From NCBI GenBank assembly GCA_963751455.1, contig CAVVUN010000002.1:128001-192000 (forward strand): a stretch of 64,000 nucleotides of DNA, in the 5' to 3' direction. A model generated the notes under the pieces. The model saw only the letters and a list, made by a program, of their open reading frames with translations. It searched no databases and was not told the origin of the DNA. The translations under genes and the position numbers were made by a program. The stretch is from Nitrospirota bacterium. GTDB lineage: Bacteria; Nitrospirota; UBA9217. Below, one piece after another: positions 23,038 to 32,722 of the stretch. Position 1 is the first letter of the stretch. Each line of letters begins with the position of its first letter.

Positions 23038-24324
23038 GGTACAACCTGCTAACATAGGTAACAAACTAACCTATGGACATGGGTAACACGTTAAACTGCA
23101 GGGCTAGGAGGATCATCCTATGCCCTGGAGAAAGACGGAGCCCATGGAAGAGCGTTTAAAGCTAATAGCCGACTGGCTTAACGGCTACAGTATCACCGAT
23201 CTGTCGGTGATCTACGGAGTAAGCCGCAAGACCATTTATAAGTGGACCGAGCGTTACGACAGGCTCGGCCTCGATGGCCTGAAAGAACTTTGCCGGGGTC
23301 CGATCGTTCACCCGAACCAGACCGATGAGGAAATCATCAACCGTCTGGTTGAAGCAAAGCTGCTGCATATGACCTGGGGTCCCGAGAAGCTGTTAGACCT
23401 CTTAAACCGGGACGAGCCCCAGATTAAATGGCCCTCTGTCTGTACCGCCGAGAAATGGCTCAAACGGCGGGGCCTCGTCAAGAGTCGGCGGCTGAGAAAG
23501 AAGACGCCGAAATACAGCGAGCCGTTCCTGGCCTGCGATGCACCAAACAAGGTCTGGAGCGCAGACTACAAGGGCCAGTTCAAGACAGGCGACGGCCGAT
23601 GGTGCTATCCCTTGACCATTACCGACAACATGAGCCGTTACCTGCTTACGTGCAAGGGCCTTTATTCCCCTTGTCACGCGGACACCCAGCCATGGTTCGA
23701 GTGGGCTTTCCGCGAATTCGGCCTGCCGGAGGCGATCCGTACCGACAACGGGACGCCGTTTGCCGGACGCGGGGTAACGGGCCTCAGCCGATTGTCGGTA
23801 TGGCTCATCAAACTCGGTATCAGGCCGGAACGGATAGAATCCGGCAAGCCCCAGCAGAACGGGCGCCACGAGCGGATGCACCGGACCCTGAAACAGGACA
23901 CCGCCAAGCCGCCTAAGGCCAATATGGACCGGCAGCAAATCCGGTTTGATGAGTTCCGGCACGAGTACAATTACGACCGCCCGCATGAGGCGCTCAATAA
24001 AAAGACACCCGCGAGCGTTTACGAACCATCACCCAGGAGGTTCCCGGAAAAACTCCGCGAACCTGAGTACGATCATGGCATCAAGGTCCGCAAGATCCGC
24101 CTTCACGGCGAGATCCGGTTTAACAGAACTTACTACTTCATCTCCGAGCTCCTGGCCGGAGCGAGAATCGGCCTTATCGAGACTGCCGATGGAAAATACG
24201 AAATTCGCTTCGGTTTCCATCCTATCGGCATACTCGACGTCAAGCTCGGAAAAGTGGAACCTAAGTTAAAAAAAGTGTAACCCATGTCCACAGGTTAAAA
24301 TGTAACCCATGTGCATGTTGCACA
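23038..24324 (+). mobile_element. IS481-family insertion sequence
   Basis: TIRs containing the repeated acatgggt(a/t)aca motif; right end ...ttgcaca. Confidence 0.9.
23120..24280 (+). CDS. IS481-family DDE transposase
   Basis: MPW start, HTH, WSADYKG, RTDNG, PQQNGRHERMHRT. Confidence 0.95.
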   Translation: MPWRKTEPMEERLKLIADWLNGYSITDLSVIYGVSRKTIYKWTERYDRLGLDGLKELCRGPIVHPNQTDEEIINRLVEAKLLHMTWGPEKLLDLLNRDEPQIKWPSVCTAEKWLKRRGLVKSRRLRKKTPKYSEPFLACDAPNKVWSADYKGQFKTGDGRWCYPLTITDNMSRYLLTCKGLYSPCHADTQPWFEWAFREFGLPEAIRTDNGTPFAGRGVTGLSRLSVWLIKLGIRPERIESGKPQQNGRHERMHRTLKQDTAKPPKANMDRQQIRFDEFRHEYNYDRPHEALNKKTPASVYEPSPRRFPEKLREPEYDHGIKVRKIRLHGEIRFNRTYYFISELLAGARIGLIETADGKYEIRFGFHPIGILDVKLGKVEPKLKKV

Positions 24325-24475
24325 ATGAGCTCCCCCTTTGAAAAAAGGGGGATTAAGGGGGATTTAAGCATCAGCGATTCAACAAACAGGTAACAATATT
24401 AAATGCGTCTGTATTAGTTTAGTTGTTAAGTCGTTTAGTTGTTGAGTAGTTGCTGCTTAATCTCCCAACTGCTTA

Positions 24476-24655
24476 GAGTCTGTTTTTAAATGTCCTTCTT
24501 CGTCATGCCGGACTTGATCCGGCATCCAGAAGGTTATGAAAAGACTGGATTCCAGCGACTCGGCTGAGCGTTCGACTGAGCTCACGCCGAAGTCTCGTCG
24601 AAGTCTTTCGCTGGAATGACGGTACATGATGAAATGGCAGTTAAAATACAAACTT
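24476..24655. mobile_element. MITE-like shell containing a REP pair that is itself interrupted by a second REP
   Basis: gagtctgtttttaaatgtcc / ggcagttaaaatacaaactt TIRs; gtcatgccggacttgatccggcatccag...ctggattccagc[insert]gctggaatgac. Confidence 0.6.
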
Positions 24656-24684
24656 ACTTGATAAGTTATCATTTGTAATGAATC

Positions 24685-24870
24685 ATGTCGAAAGTCAGCA
24701 GCTTCGATAAAGCGCGAAGCGCAAAGATCAAGAAGGTAGCGCACATGGGCAGCCCGGACGGCTTTATCCCCTGCAGCCAGGACATGACCATCTGCGGTGA
24801 CTGCGAAGAGAACCGGGCAAAGAACAAGTGCCCCAGGCTTAAGGAGTGGCTGGCGAAGAGACACGGGTGA
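24685..24870 (+). CDS. Small Cys-containing hypothetical protein
   Basis: 61 aa, C-x6-CxxC-x8-C, GC3-rich codons. Confidence 0.5.
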   Translation: MSKVSSFDKARSAKIKKVAHMGSPDGFIPCSQDMTICGDCEENRAKNKCPRLKEWLAKRHG

Positions 24871-24947
24871 GTGCCTTATAGAAAGCACTTTCCTGCATGG
24901 TTCATAAGAACACCCTGAGTATGGCACGGACTCAGGGTTTTTTATTC

Positions 24948-25316
24948 ATAAACCTGGGAACGGGAGTTGGACGCAGACTTCGGCGTGAGCTCAGTCGAAC
25001 GATAAACCTAAAAAAAGCATTTGGGACGCAGAAAAATCGGATAAACGCAGATAAGGTCGGATAAAAAAACGTTCTTGTATCGTAAAAGCAGTCACCCTGC
25101 GGGTGAATTTTTTCTCTAAAAATTCTTTTGTTTGATCTGCGGTTATCTGCGTTCATCTGCGCCCAACTGCCGTTTTCAGGATAAAGGCGGAAAAGTCGGA
25201 TTAAATCGAAATTAGATCGAAGCAAGGATTGACCAAATGGTGATGATTTTCATAAAGAAGTTAGATTTTTATCTTTCTTTATCCGATGTTATCCGATTCT
25301 TCCGCGTCCAAATGCT
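24948..25316. repeat. Nested TIR-bounded nonamer elements
   Basis: aacctgggaacgggagttggacgcag and aacctaaaaaaagcatttgggacgcag left ends; ctgcgcccaactgccgttttcagg and ccgcgtccaaatgc right ends. Confidence 0.75.
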
Positions 25317-25477
25317 CCTAATATTTACTGAAGAATGAAATTCTTCTCAAAATGGCAAGAAAAATTTAAAAACCTGTTTGCCATCTATGAAAAAGAATTT
25401 TTTGTTCGGGCTTGTGGTTAGGATAATTAGAGGTTTCGATCTGGAATGAAGTTGGTCCATAAGCATGGCGGTGCAGC

Positions 25478-28138
25478 ATGAACCGGGAACTGCAGGCAGT
25501 GATCATGCCCGTCGGCTCTGTCCGGCTGGAATGGGTGGAGTCGCGAGCGCGGTTCGATAAAAGCAGGGATATTCTCGAGCGGGAAATATTCAAGCGGTAT
25601 TCGGAAAATCCGGATGGCGCGTTTCTTTTTCTCGGATTTCGCGGCAGGTCGGTCTCACTTTCACCCTCGCTGGATTTTTTTCGCGGGTTTTGCGGCCTTT
25701 TTGCCAGGAAACTGAGCCATACTCCCGAGCTCGAATTCATCCGGCGTGACGTCTTCGTCCGGTTGAGCGCTGAGGAACGGGACCATGCGCTCGCATCGGT
25801 GCCCCCCATGACCGGCGGCGAGTATTTGACCGGGGTGGTGCTGGACGACCTCTGGGAACGGCTCCATGCCGAATTCCGCATGGAGATCCGGCAGTACAAG
25901 GGGACGGTCGAGGAGTTCATACAGCAATACAGCCCGGACGTGCATCTGATCGGCCGGGTATTCTTCCACCTCGTTGAAAACAAAAAAAACGATTATCCCT
26001 TCTCCTTTTTCGCAACCTATTCAACAGCGCTGAACAGAAAGGGCAAGTCGCAGCAGCTTCCGCTCAAGCACGCTCTCGACGAATACGGGAAAGACGGGAA
26101 AAAGCTGCTTGACCTGCTCTCGACCGTGTATCGCGCAGCCAAAGAAAGCAAGCTCATTACGGGACTTCTTGAGAGCGGCGCATTGTTCCATCCGCTTGCC
26201 TGGTCGGCGAAAGAGGCGTATACGTTCCTGCAGGAAATTCCGCTCTATGAGCAGTCGGGCATCCTGTGCCGCATCCCCGACTGGTGGAAAGGCGCATCAT
26301 CGAGTCTGCACGTCAATATTTCGATAGGCGAAGCCGAGCCTTCAGTGGTGGGTATGGATGCACTGCTCAGTTTCGATATCGGGCTCCATATCGAGAATGC
26401 GCCGGTATCCCTTGAGGAGGCCCGCCGCCTGCTCGAATCTGCAGAGGGTCTTGCCCTGATCAGGAATCGCTGGGTGGCTGTTGACCCCGAGAAGCTGCGG
26501 CACACGCTTGATGCCTTCGAAAAAGCGCGCGCGCTGGCTCAAGGCGAGGGGCTTACGTTCCGGGATGCGCTCCGTTTTCAAATGAACCCCGGTTCGGCGC
26601 TGGATCTTGACGGGAGTGATGCGGCGGTTACGGTTACCAGCGGCCAATGGCTTGAATCCGTCATGGCCAGGATGCGCCACCCTGCCATGATCGCTTCGGT
26701 GAAGCTGGCCCCGTCCTTCAAAGCGGAGCTGAGGCCTTACCAGGAAAAAGGCGTGAACTGGCTCTCCTTTTTACACTCCCTGAAGTTCGGTATGTGCCTT
26801 GCCGATGACATGGGCCTCGGCAAGACCGTGCAGGTGCTGGCTCTTCTTCACCTGTCGAAGCACAGGGGCGAGAAAGGCGCAAGTCTTGTTGTGATTCCCG
26901 CTTCGCTTCTCGCCAACTGGGCGAACGAGATCATGAAGTTTGCGCCGGATATCCTGTTCTATACTGCTCATCCCGCCGGGAATGATTCCCGCAGTGTGGA
27001 AGCGATAGGGGCGCGCGAGCTGGACAGCCTCGACCTCGTGATTACGACCTACTCGATGGTGCAGAAATACGAGTGGCTTAAATCCTACGAGTGGAAGTAT
27101 GTGATCCTCGACGAGGCCCAGGCAATCAAGAATCCCCGAACAAAGCAGACAAAGGCGGTCAAGAAGCTGAAGTCAGTAAACCGGATCGTCATGACCGGCA
27201 CCCCCGTGGAGAACAGGCTGTCGGACCTCTGGTCCCTGTTCGACTTCATCAACCCGGGACTGCTCGGAAGCAGCCAGGAGTTCAGCAGATTCACGAGAAA
27301 CCTGACCAGGGACCCCGAGGGGTACGCGCGGCTCAGGAAGGTCATAAGCCCTTATATTCTCAGGCGGCTCAAGACGGACAAAACGGTCATCTCCGACCTG
27401 CCGGACAAAATTGAGATGAAGACGTGGCCGTCGTTAAGCAGAAAGCAGGCAATACTCTACCAGAAACTGGTAGATGAGCTCAGGCGGACCATAGAAAACA
27501 CGGAAGGCATCCAGAGAAAAGGGATGATCCTGAGTTCACTCATGAAGTTCAAACAGCTTTGCAATCACCCTGACCAATACCTCGGTACCGGAGCGTTTGA
27601 GGAGAACGAAAGCGGCAAGTTCGGCACGCTGCGCGAGATTTGTGAAACGATCCACGAAAAACGGGAACGCGTCCTCGTATTCACCCAGTTCCGGGAGATT
27701 ACGCACCCGCTCTCCGAGTTCCTTTCAGGAGTATTCCAACGACACGGTCTCGTGCTGCATGGCGGTACGCCCGTGGGCAAGAGGAAAGCGATCGTGGCCA
27801 GGTTTCAGGACGAGGAATATGTTCCATTCATGGTGCTGTCCCTGAAAGCCGGAGGCGTCGGACTCAATCTTACCGCGGCAAACCACGTTATTCACTTTGA
27901 CCGGTGGTGGAACCCGGCTGTCGAAAACCAGGCAACCGATCGCGCCTTCAGGATCGGTCAGAAGAAAAACGTGATCGTGCATAAGTTCATCACCCGGGGG
28001 ACCGTTGAAGAGAAGATTGATCTGATGATCGAAGGAAAACTGAAGCTTTCGAAAGAGGTGATCGAGTCCGGCTCCGAGGCGTGGATCACGGAAATGAGCA
28101 ATGAGGAACTGATGGGCATGTTCAGGCTGACGATATAG
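25478..28138 (+). CDS. SNF2-family helicase/ATPase
   Basis: LADDMGLGKT, DEAQ, TGTPVEN, SLKAGGVGLNL, QATDRAFRIGQ. Confidence 0.95.
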   Translation: MNRELQAVIMPVGSVRLEWVESRARFDKSRDILEREIFKRYSENPDGAFLFLGFRGRSVSLSPSLDFFRGFCGLFARKLSHTPELEFIRRDVFVRLSAEERDHALASVPPMTGGEYLTGVVLDDLWERLHAEFRMEIRQYKGTVEEFIQQYSPDVHLIGRVFFHLVENKKNDYPFSFFATYSTALNRKGKSQQLPLKHALDEYGKDGKKLLDLLSTVYRAAKESKLITGLLESGALFHPLAWSAKEAYTFLQEIPLYEQSGILCRIPDWWKGASSSLHVNISIGEAEPSVVGMDALLSFDIGLHIENAPVSLEEARRLLESAEGLALIRNRWVAVDPEKLRHTLDAFEKARALAQGEGLTFRDALRFQMNPGSALDLDGSDAAVTVTSGQWLESVMARMRHPAMIASVKLAPSFKAELRPYQEKGVNWLSFLHSLKFGMCLADDMGLGKTVQVLALLHLSKHRGEKGASLVVIPASLLANWANEIMKFAPDILFYTAHPAGNDSRSVEAIGARELDSLDLVITTYSMVQKYEWLKSYEWKYVILDEAQAIKNPRTKQTKAVKKLKSVNRIVMTGTPVENRLSDLWSLFDFINPGLLGSSQEFSRFTRNLTRDPEGYARLRKVISPYILRRLKTDKTVISDLPDKIEMKTWPSLSRKQAILYQKLVDELRRTIENTEGIQRKGMILSSLMKFKQLCNHPDQYLGTGAFEENESGKFGTLREICETIHEKRERVLVFTQFREITHPLSEFLSGVFQRHGLVLHGGTPVGKRKAIVARFQDEEYVPFMVLSLKAGGVGLNLTAANHVIHFDRWWNPAVENQATDRAFRIGQKKNVIVHKFITRGTVEEKIDLMIEGKLKLSKEVIESGSEAWITEMSNEELMGMFRLTI

Positions 28139-28174
28139 AGGATCGCGAGGCTGAAAAACGAGAACTAAGTTAAT

Positions 28175-28665
28175 TTTTACACGAAGACACAAAGGCATGA
28201 ATCAAATTCAAAACCTAACCCGGACAAGCCGGAAAAGCTTTTCAGCCACAGAGGACACAGAGATCACAGAGAGGAACAATAACCAAGAAATAAAAGAATT
28301 TTTTAATCTTTTTTAGCCGTTCTCTGCGCCCTCTGTGAACTCTGTAGCAAAATATTCTTTCCAGTTTGACAAGAATTTGATTCGTAACTGACTATGTGTC
28401 TGCCGGGACTTCGCCCGGCAGACATGGTCCCTTCGGGACAGTTTTGAATTGAACGCCTCTGTAGGGCAAGGCTTTAGCCTTGTTGATTACCGGGAAGCCG
28501 CAACCCTGAAGGGTTGCCCTACAAACATCGACAAAAATTGTCGATGTTATAGGCGTAAGCGCCTAAGGCGTCTCTCGCAAAGCCGCAAAGTCGCAAAGAG
28601 AAGCGTAAATCTAATGTATTTTGTCTTTTCTTTCTTTGCGTCTTGGCGACTTAGCGCGAAAATTC
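28175..28665. repeat. Cluster of nonamer array pairs, a hairpin-bounded element and a GTAG REP doublet
   Basis: cacagaggacacagagatcacagag / ctctgcgccctctgtgaactctgt; cgcaaagccgcaaagtcgcaaag / ctttgcgtcttggcgacttagcg; gtagggcaagg / gttgccctac. Confidence 0.8.
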
Positions 28666-28690
28666 GTTGGTGCGAAGTGCAACCCAAACT

Positions 28691-29600
28691 ATGAAGACAA
28701 TCTTGAACAATGGCTGCGAGTACCGCGAGCAGTTGGGCGCTGACGCAGATGGCCAGACCTTATTGGCTTATCTCAGCAGGCGCTACAGTCATTCTGACAC
28801 TGTAGAATGGACAGAGCGTATTGCAAACGGCCACGTGCTGATCGATTCCGTGCCCGCGCATACTGATACCGTACTGCGTAAAGGGTCCGACCTTGTCTGG
28901 CAGAGGCCTCCATGGATCGAACCGGATGCTCCCCGTACTTTCTCGGTTCTCTACGAAGATGATGATCTCCTTGCAGTGGCCAAACCGGCAGGATTGCCGA
29001 CGCTTCCCGGCGCAAACTTTCTGACCGCAACGCTCCTGCATCTGGTCCGCGCCTACGCACCTGACGCCGCTCCTGTTCATCGCCTGGGGCGCTGGACATC
29101 AGGGAGTCGTGCTCTGCGCCCGAAACCAGAAAGCCCGGGCTGAACTGATGCGGCAGTGGTCGGGCAAAGAAGTCGATAAGCGTTACCGCGCGCTGGCCAC
29201 AGGGCTTCCTGCATGGGATGAGATGACGATTGAAACGCCCATCGGCCCTGTGCCGCATGCGCTGCTCGGTTCGATACACGCGGCAGCGCCGCAGGGAAAG
29301 CCTTCCCTTTCCCGGGTCAGCGTCCTCGAACGCCGCACAGGTTCGTTCCTTTGTGATGTGCGCATTGCCACGGGCCGGCCCCACCAGATCAGGATTCACC
29401 TTGCTGCAGCGGGGCACCCGCTCGTGGGCGATCCGCTGTATGGTGCGGGTGGTTTACCCCTGCGGGATACTCGCGCGGTACCTGGCGATCCGGGCTATCA
29501 TCTTCATGCTGCTGAGCTGAGATTTCGCCATCCCGCAAGCGGGCGCGGGATTGTGATTGAGCAGGAGCCGCCGGCGCTGTTACGGGTGCAACGGATTTGA
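28691..29600 (+). CDS. RluA-family pseudouridine synthase (frameshift near 29105; HRLG in place of HRLD)
   Basis: [37 protein letters not shown]. Confidence 0.88.
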
Positions 29601-29635
29601 ATAGCTACTTCATGGTGAGTTCAAAATTGGATGAC

Positions 29636-29881
29636 ATGAACGACCAAAAACATAAAGATCCTCTTCACGGTGTAACGCTGGAAATGATGCTTACCCAGCT
29701 GGTGGAGCACCATGGGTGGGAGAAACTGGGGCAGATCATCGATATCAGGTGCTTTAATAACGACCCGAGCATCAAGTCCAGCCTGCACTTTCTCAGGAGG
29801 ACCCCTTGGGCAAGAACCAAAGTGGAGGCGCTGTACCTGAAGTACCGAAGGAATGCTTTGAAAAAGCAGGAACGCAGTTAA
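29636..29881 (+). CDS. VF530/DUF2132 family small protein
   Basis: DPLHGVTLE...GWEKL...[24 protein letters not shown]. Confidence 0.88.
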   Translation: MNDQKHKDPLHGVTLEMMLTQLVEHHGWEKLGQIIDIRCFNNDPSIKSSLHFLRRTPWARTKVEALYLKYRRNALKKQERS

Positions 29882-30048
29882 GACAATAGCATGTAGCAGT
29901 TAGATCGGGTAGAGCGAACCGAAACCTGATGCAATCCAATCCTGATTCTGCCAAATAATAGTACACTTCACTTCTTTCTAACAAACGTAAAAGTTCCACC
30001 TGCCCTATTTCTTGACATCCGGTCCTTATGGGTGTACGATACCAATAA

Positions 30049-30345
30049 ATGAGACGAGCCCGTTTAGTCAGACATGTAAAGGCCATTGATGAGCGTGGAA
30101 ATATCATTGAAGTAAAGATGTGGCAGCTGGAAAAGGCGACAAAAGACAAACAGCATGGCTACAAATACTCGCTGGTTTACATAGAGAATGGCGAGAGGGT
30201 AATCGGTTATGACAATGCGCACGGCAAGGGAGACCACAGACATTCCGGAAAAATTGTGGCGCCCTATACGTTCAGAAGCCTCAGGCAGCTTACGATAGAC
30301 TTTTATAACGACATTGAAAAGTTCAAGAGAGGTGAAGAATTATGA
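30049..30345 (+). CDS. DUF6516 (TumE-like) putative toxin
   Basis: HGYKYSLVY...IGYDNAHGKGDHRH. Confidence 0.75.
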   Translation: MRRARLVRHVKAIDERGNIIEVKMWQLEKATKDKQHGYKYSLVYIENGERVIGYDNAHGKGDHRHSGKIVAPYTFRSLRQLTIDFYNDIEKFKRGEEL

Positions 30346-30707
30346 AGATTAAGAAAATCAAGGTGGGCATCAAAGACCTGAAATCCGTTCTCAATGATTT
30401 TATAAAAACAGGACAAACCATTGAACGAGGAGGAAAAGTTTCCGAGGAGAAAGGGACCTACTTTACAAGCTTTGAGGCATTCAGGAAGGCCTTGACGCCG
30501 AAAAGGCTTGAGCTGCTGCATATCATTAAGGCGAAAAAGCCGTCTTCGATTAACGAGTTGGCGAGACTGGCGAAGAGAGACGTTAAAAACATTGCCGATG
30601 ATGTAAACTACCTGGAGCAGATCGGGCTGATTCAAAAGAAGGAGACGGCACGGAAAACAGCACCGGTTATAACTTACGATAAGATAGCATTGGAGATAGC
30701 GGTGTAA
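30342..30707 (+). CDS. HTH antitoxin-like protein (HVO_A0114-like)
   Basis: LTPKRLELL...SINELARLAKRDVKNI..DV..L...GLI; 4-bp overlap with the upstream gene. Confidence 0.8.
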   Translation: MKIKKIKVGIKDLKSVLNDFIKTGQTIERGGKVSEEKGTYFTSFEAFRKALTPKRLELLHIIKAKKPSSINELARLAKRDVKNIADDVNYLEQIGLIQKKETARKTAPVITYDKIALEIAV

Positions 30708-30708
30708 A

Positions 30709-30870
30709 TTGAAACTCACTAAAGAGGATAACGTTAAAGTAACGATTGCCTTAAAGAAATCAAGTGTTGAATTCTTTAAGAAAGAGGCCAAGAAGCATCA
30801 CACCTCTTATCAAAAAATGATTCGTCAGCTTGTGGATTGGTATACTTCGCACCATCAAAAGAGCGCTTAA
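30709..30870 (+). pseudogene. N-terminally truncated CopG/RHH antitoxin remnant
   Basis: KEDNVKVTIALKKSSVEFFKKEAKKHHTSYQKMIRQLVDWY; no cognate toxin. Confidence 0.6.
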
Positions 30871-30996
30871 GGCGGTGATTTCTCACCGCCTTGTTTTACC
30901 TACTATGAATCTTTTAATTTGCAGTTCTATGCTTTTTCCGAAGCAGCCTGCCGAGATCGCTTGACACTGGTTATCAAATATGCTAACATGTCGAAC

Positions 30997-31323
30997 ATGA
31001 AGTATACCATCGAGTATTTCCATGCCCGCGTCAAAGACGAGATAGAACGCTGGCCCGATGGCATATTGGCGGATTATGCGCGGTTAGTGGAGCTCTTGAT
31101 GGAGTTCGGTCCGAATCTACGGATGCCGCATTCGCGTGCCATGGGCGACGGTCTTTTTGAATTGCGGCCACGCGGGCCTGAAGGTATTGGGCGCGCCTTA
31201 TATTGTTATGTTGATGGTCAACGTATGGTGATACTTCATGCTTTTGTGAAGAAAACACAGGAAACGCCCGAAAAAGAATTGCGTCTTGCCCGGAAAAGAT
31301 TGAAGGAGGTACGAAATGACTGA
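30997..31323 (+). CDS. RelE/ParE (Gp49/HigB-like) toxin
   Basis: GPNLRMPHSRAMGDGLFELR...ILHAFVKKTQETP. Confidence 0.9.
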   Translation: MKYTIEYFHARVKDEIERWPDGILADYARLVELLMEFGPNLRMPHSRAMGDGLFELRPRGPEGIGRALYCYVDGQRMVILHAFVKKTQETPEKELRLARKRLKEVRND

Positions 31324-31675
31324 TATAAAGTATAAACCCGTTTCGCATGACCATGAAGCATTCCTCAGAAAAGCCTCGAAACGGAATGGGTTCAGAACTG
31401 CATATGAGGATCTTGAAGAAGAGTACCGGCTCACCCGTGAGATGCTGGCCGCTCGTTCAAAGTTCGGCCTCACTCAGGAAGCTGTTGCAGAATTGATGGG
31501 GACGACAAAAAGCGCGGTGTCACGCTTGGAAGCCGCGGGTAAGCATGCCCCGTCTCTGACTACGCTCAAAAAGTACGCGCGGGCTGTGGGTTGTCGCTTG
31601 GAGATCAAACTCGTTCCCAACGCTCGCCTAACCAGGCGTTCAATACGGGCCGTAAAAAAACAGGCGGCTGGTTAG
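31316..31675 (+). CDS. XRE-family HTH antitoxin
   Basis: GLTQEAVAELMGTTKSAVSRLE...PSLTTLKKYA. Confidence 0.9.
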   Translation: MTDIKYKPVSHDHEAFLRKASKRNGFRTAYEDLEEEYRLTREMLAARSKFGLTQEAVAELMGTTKSAVSRLEAAGKHAPSLTTLKKYARAVGCRLEIKLVPNARLTRRSIRAVKKQAAG

Positions 31676-31725
31676 CTTCGCGCTGATTGTAGAAGTAAAC
31701 TGAGGGGTAATGATGCCGAACAGAA

Positions 31726-31750
31726 AAGGCGGTGATTTCTCACCGCCTTT
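31726..31750. terminator. Bidirectional terminator hairpin, with a second copy at 30869-30892
   Basis: aaggcggtga-tttc-tcaccgcctt between convergent genes. Confidence 0.75.
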
Positions 31751-31777
31751 ATTGATGTACGAGCTTTAATTCCGATC

Positions 31778-32086
31778 CTACGCTTTTTCCGAAGCAGTCT
31801 GCCGGATTGCTGTTGGCGCTGATACCACATACCCCATGAGCGTGCCGATCAGGCCGCCGATCACCAGGTTCACCGCTGCTGCAGCTGCGATGCCGACCAT
31901 AATCCCGATGACCACCGCTGCCCGCACGAAGAGCGTCGGTTCCACCGCACCCATCAGCTTCTGCAGAAGAATCAAAGTCCCGAACGATCCGAAGTAGAAC
32001 CCCGGCACGATCCCGAATACTGCGAACACCAGCCCGCCTGCTGTAGCCCCGATCCTCATTCCTGTTTTAATGGTCTCGTTCTTCAT
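31778..32086 (-). CDS. Small Gly-rich membrane protein
   Basis: AAAGGAG RBS; FGIVPG...EP motif shared with 32355..32666. Confidence 0.8.
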   Translation of the reverse strand: MKNETIKTGMRIGATAGGLVFAVFGIVPGFYFGSFGTLILLQKLMGAVEPTLFVRAAVVIGIMVGIAAAAAVNLVIGGLIGTLMGYVVSAPTAIRQTASEKA

Positions 32087-32147
32087 GGCTATCTCCTTTC
32101 TGCCGCAGCTAATGGATTTTGAACCCCGTTTGTTGCTCAATCTATAT

Positions 32148-32318
32148 TAACCTGAAAAAAGCAGTTGGACACGGATAAAATCTGATCAACACGGATTTAT
32201 AGGAAGTTACGAACAGTAATGGATTCACCCAAAAGGCGAGATGGCTTTTTGCTCTATCACATTGTTTTGATCCGCTGTTTCCGTGTTCATCCGTGTTCAA
32301 ATGCCGTTTTTAGGATTA
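32148..32318. repeat. TIR-bounded nonamer element
   Basis: aacctgaaaaaagcagttggacacggat... / ...atccgtgttcaaatgccgtttttagg. Confidence 0.75.
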
Positions 32319-32354
32319 AGGTAAGTCACGTGCCGAATTGCGCGGTTGACCGGT

Positions 32355-32666
32355 TCACTTTGAATGAGTCTCCGCAACAACGGGGTGAACCATCAGGCCC
32401 ATTGCCTGACCGATTAACCAGCCGATTGACGATGAAGCCGTGGTGATCATGATGCCCGATACCATCACACCGAGAAGCATGGAGCCCAGGACGATCATGC
32501 GTGAAAGGAGTCCCGGCTCAAGAGGAAGACCGAACAGCATGCCCGCCGCGCTCACTCCCATGGCGCCTCCGATGAGGCTTCCGGGCAGCAATCCGAAAAG
32601 TCCGAACAGAACCAGTCCTGCACCCGCTCCTGCGTAAGCACCCTGTTTTGATTTTGAGATCTTCAT
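32355..32666 (-). CDS. Small Gly-rich membrane protein (paralog of 31778..32086)
   Basis: AAGGAGG RBS; FGLLPG...LEP. Confidence 0.8.
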   Translation of the reverse strand: MKISKSKQGAYAGAGAGLVLFGLFGLLPGSLIGGAMGVSAAGMLFGLPLEPGLLSRMIVLGSMLLGVMVSGIMITTASSSIGWLIGQAMGLMVHPVVAETHSK

Positions 32667-32705
32667 TTTCGTTTCCTCCTTTTCGCGTCGTCTTGCCTAT
32701 GTAAT

Positions 32706-32722
32706 TGCATCAGTCATGCCAA
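32706..32722 (-). promoter_or_regulatory. Sigma-54 (-24/-12) promoter
   Basis: TTGGCATGACTGATGCA about 40 nt upstream of the ATG. Confidence 0.7.
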
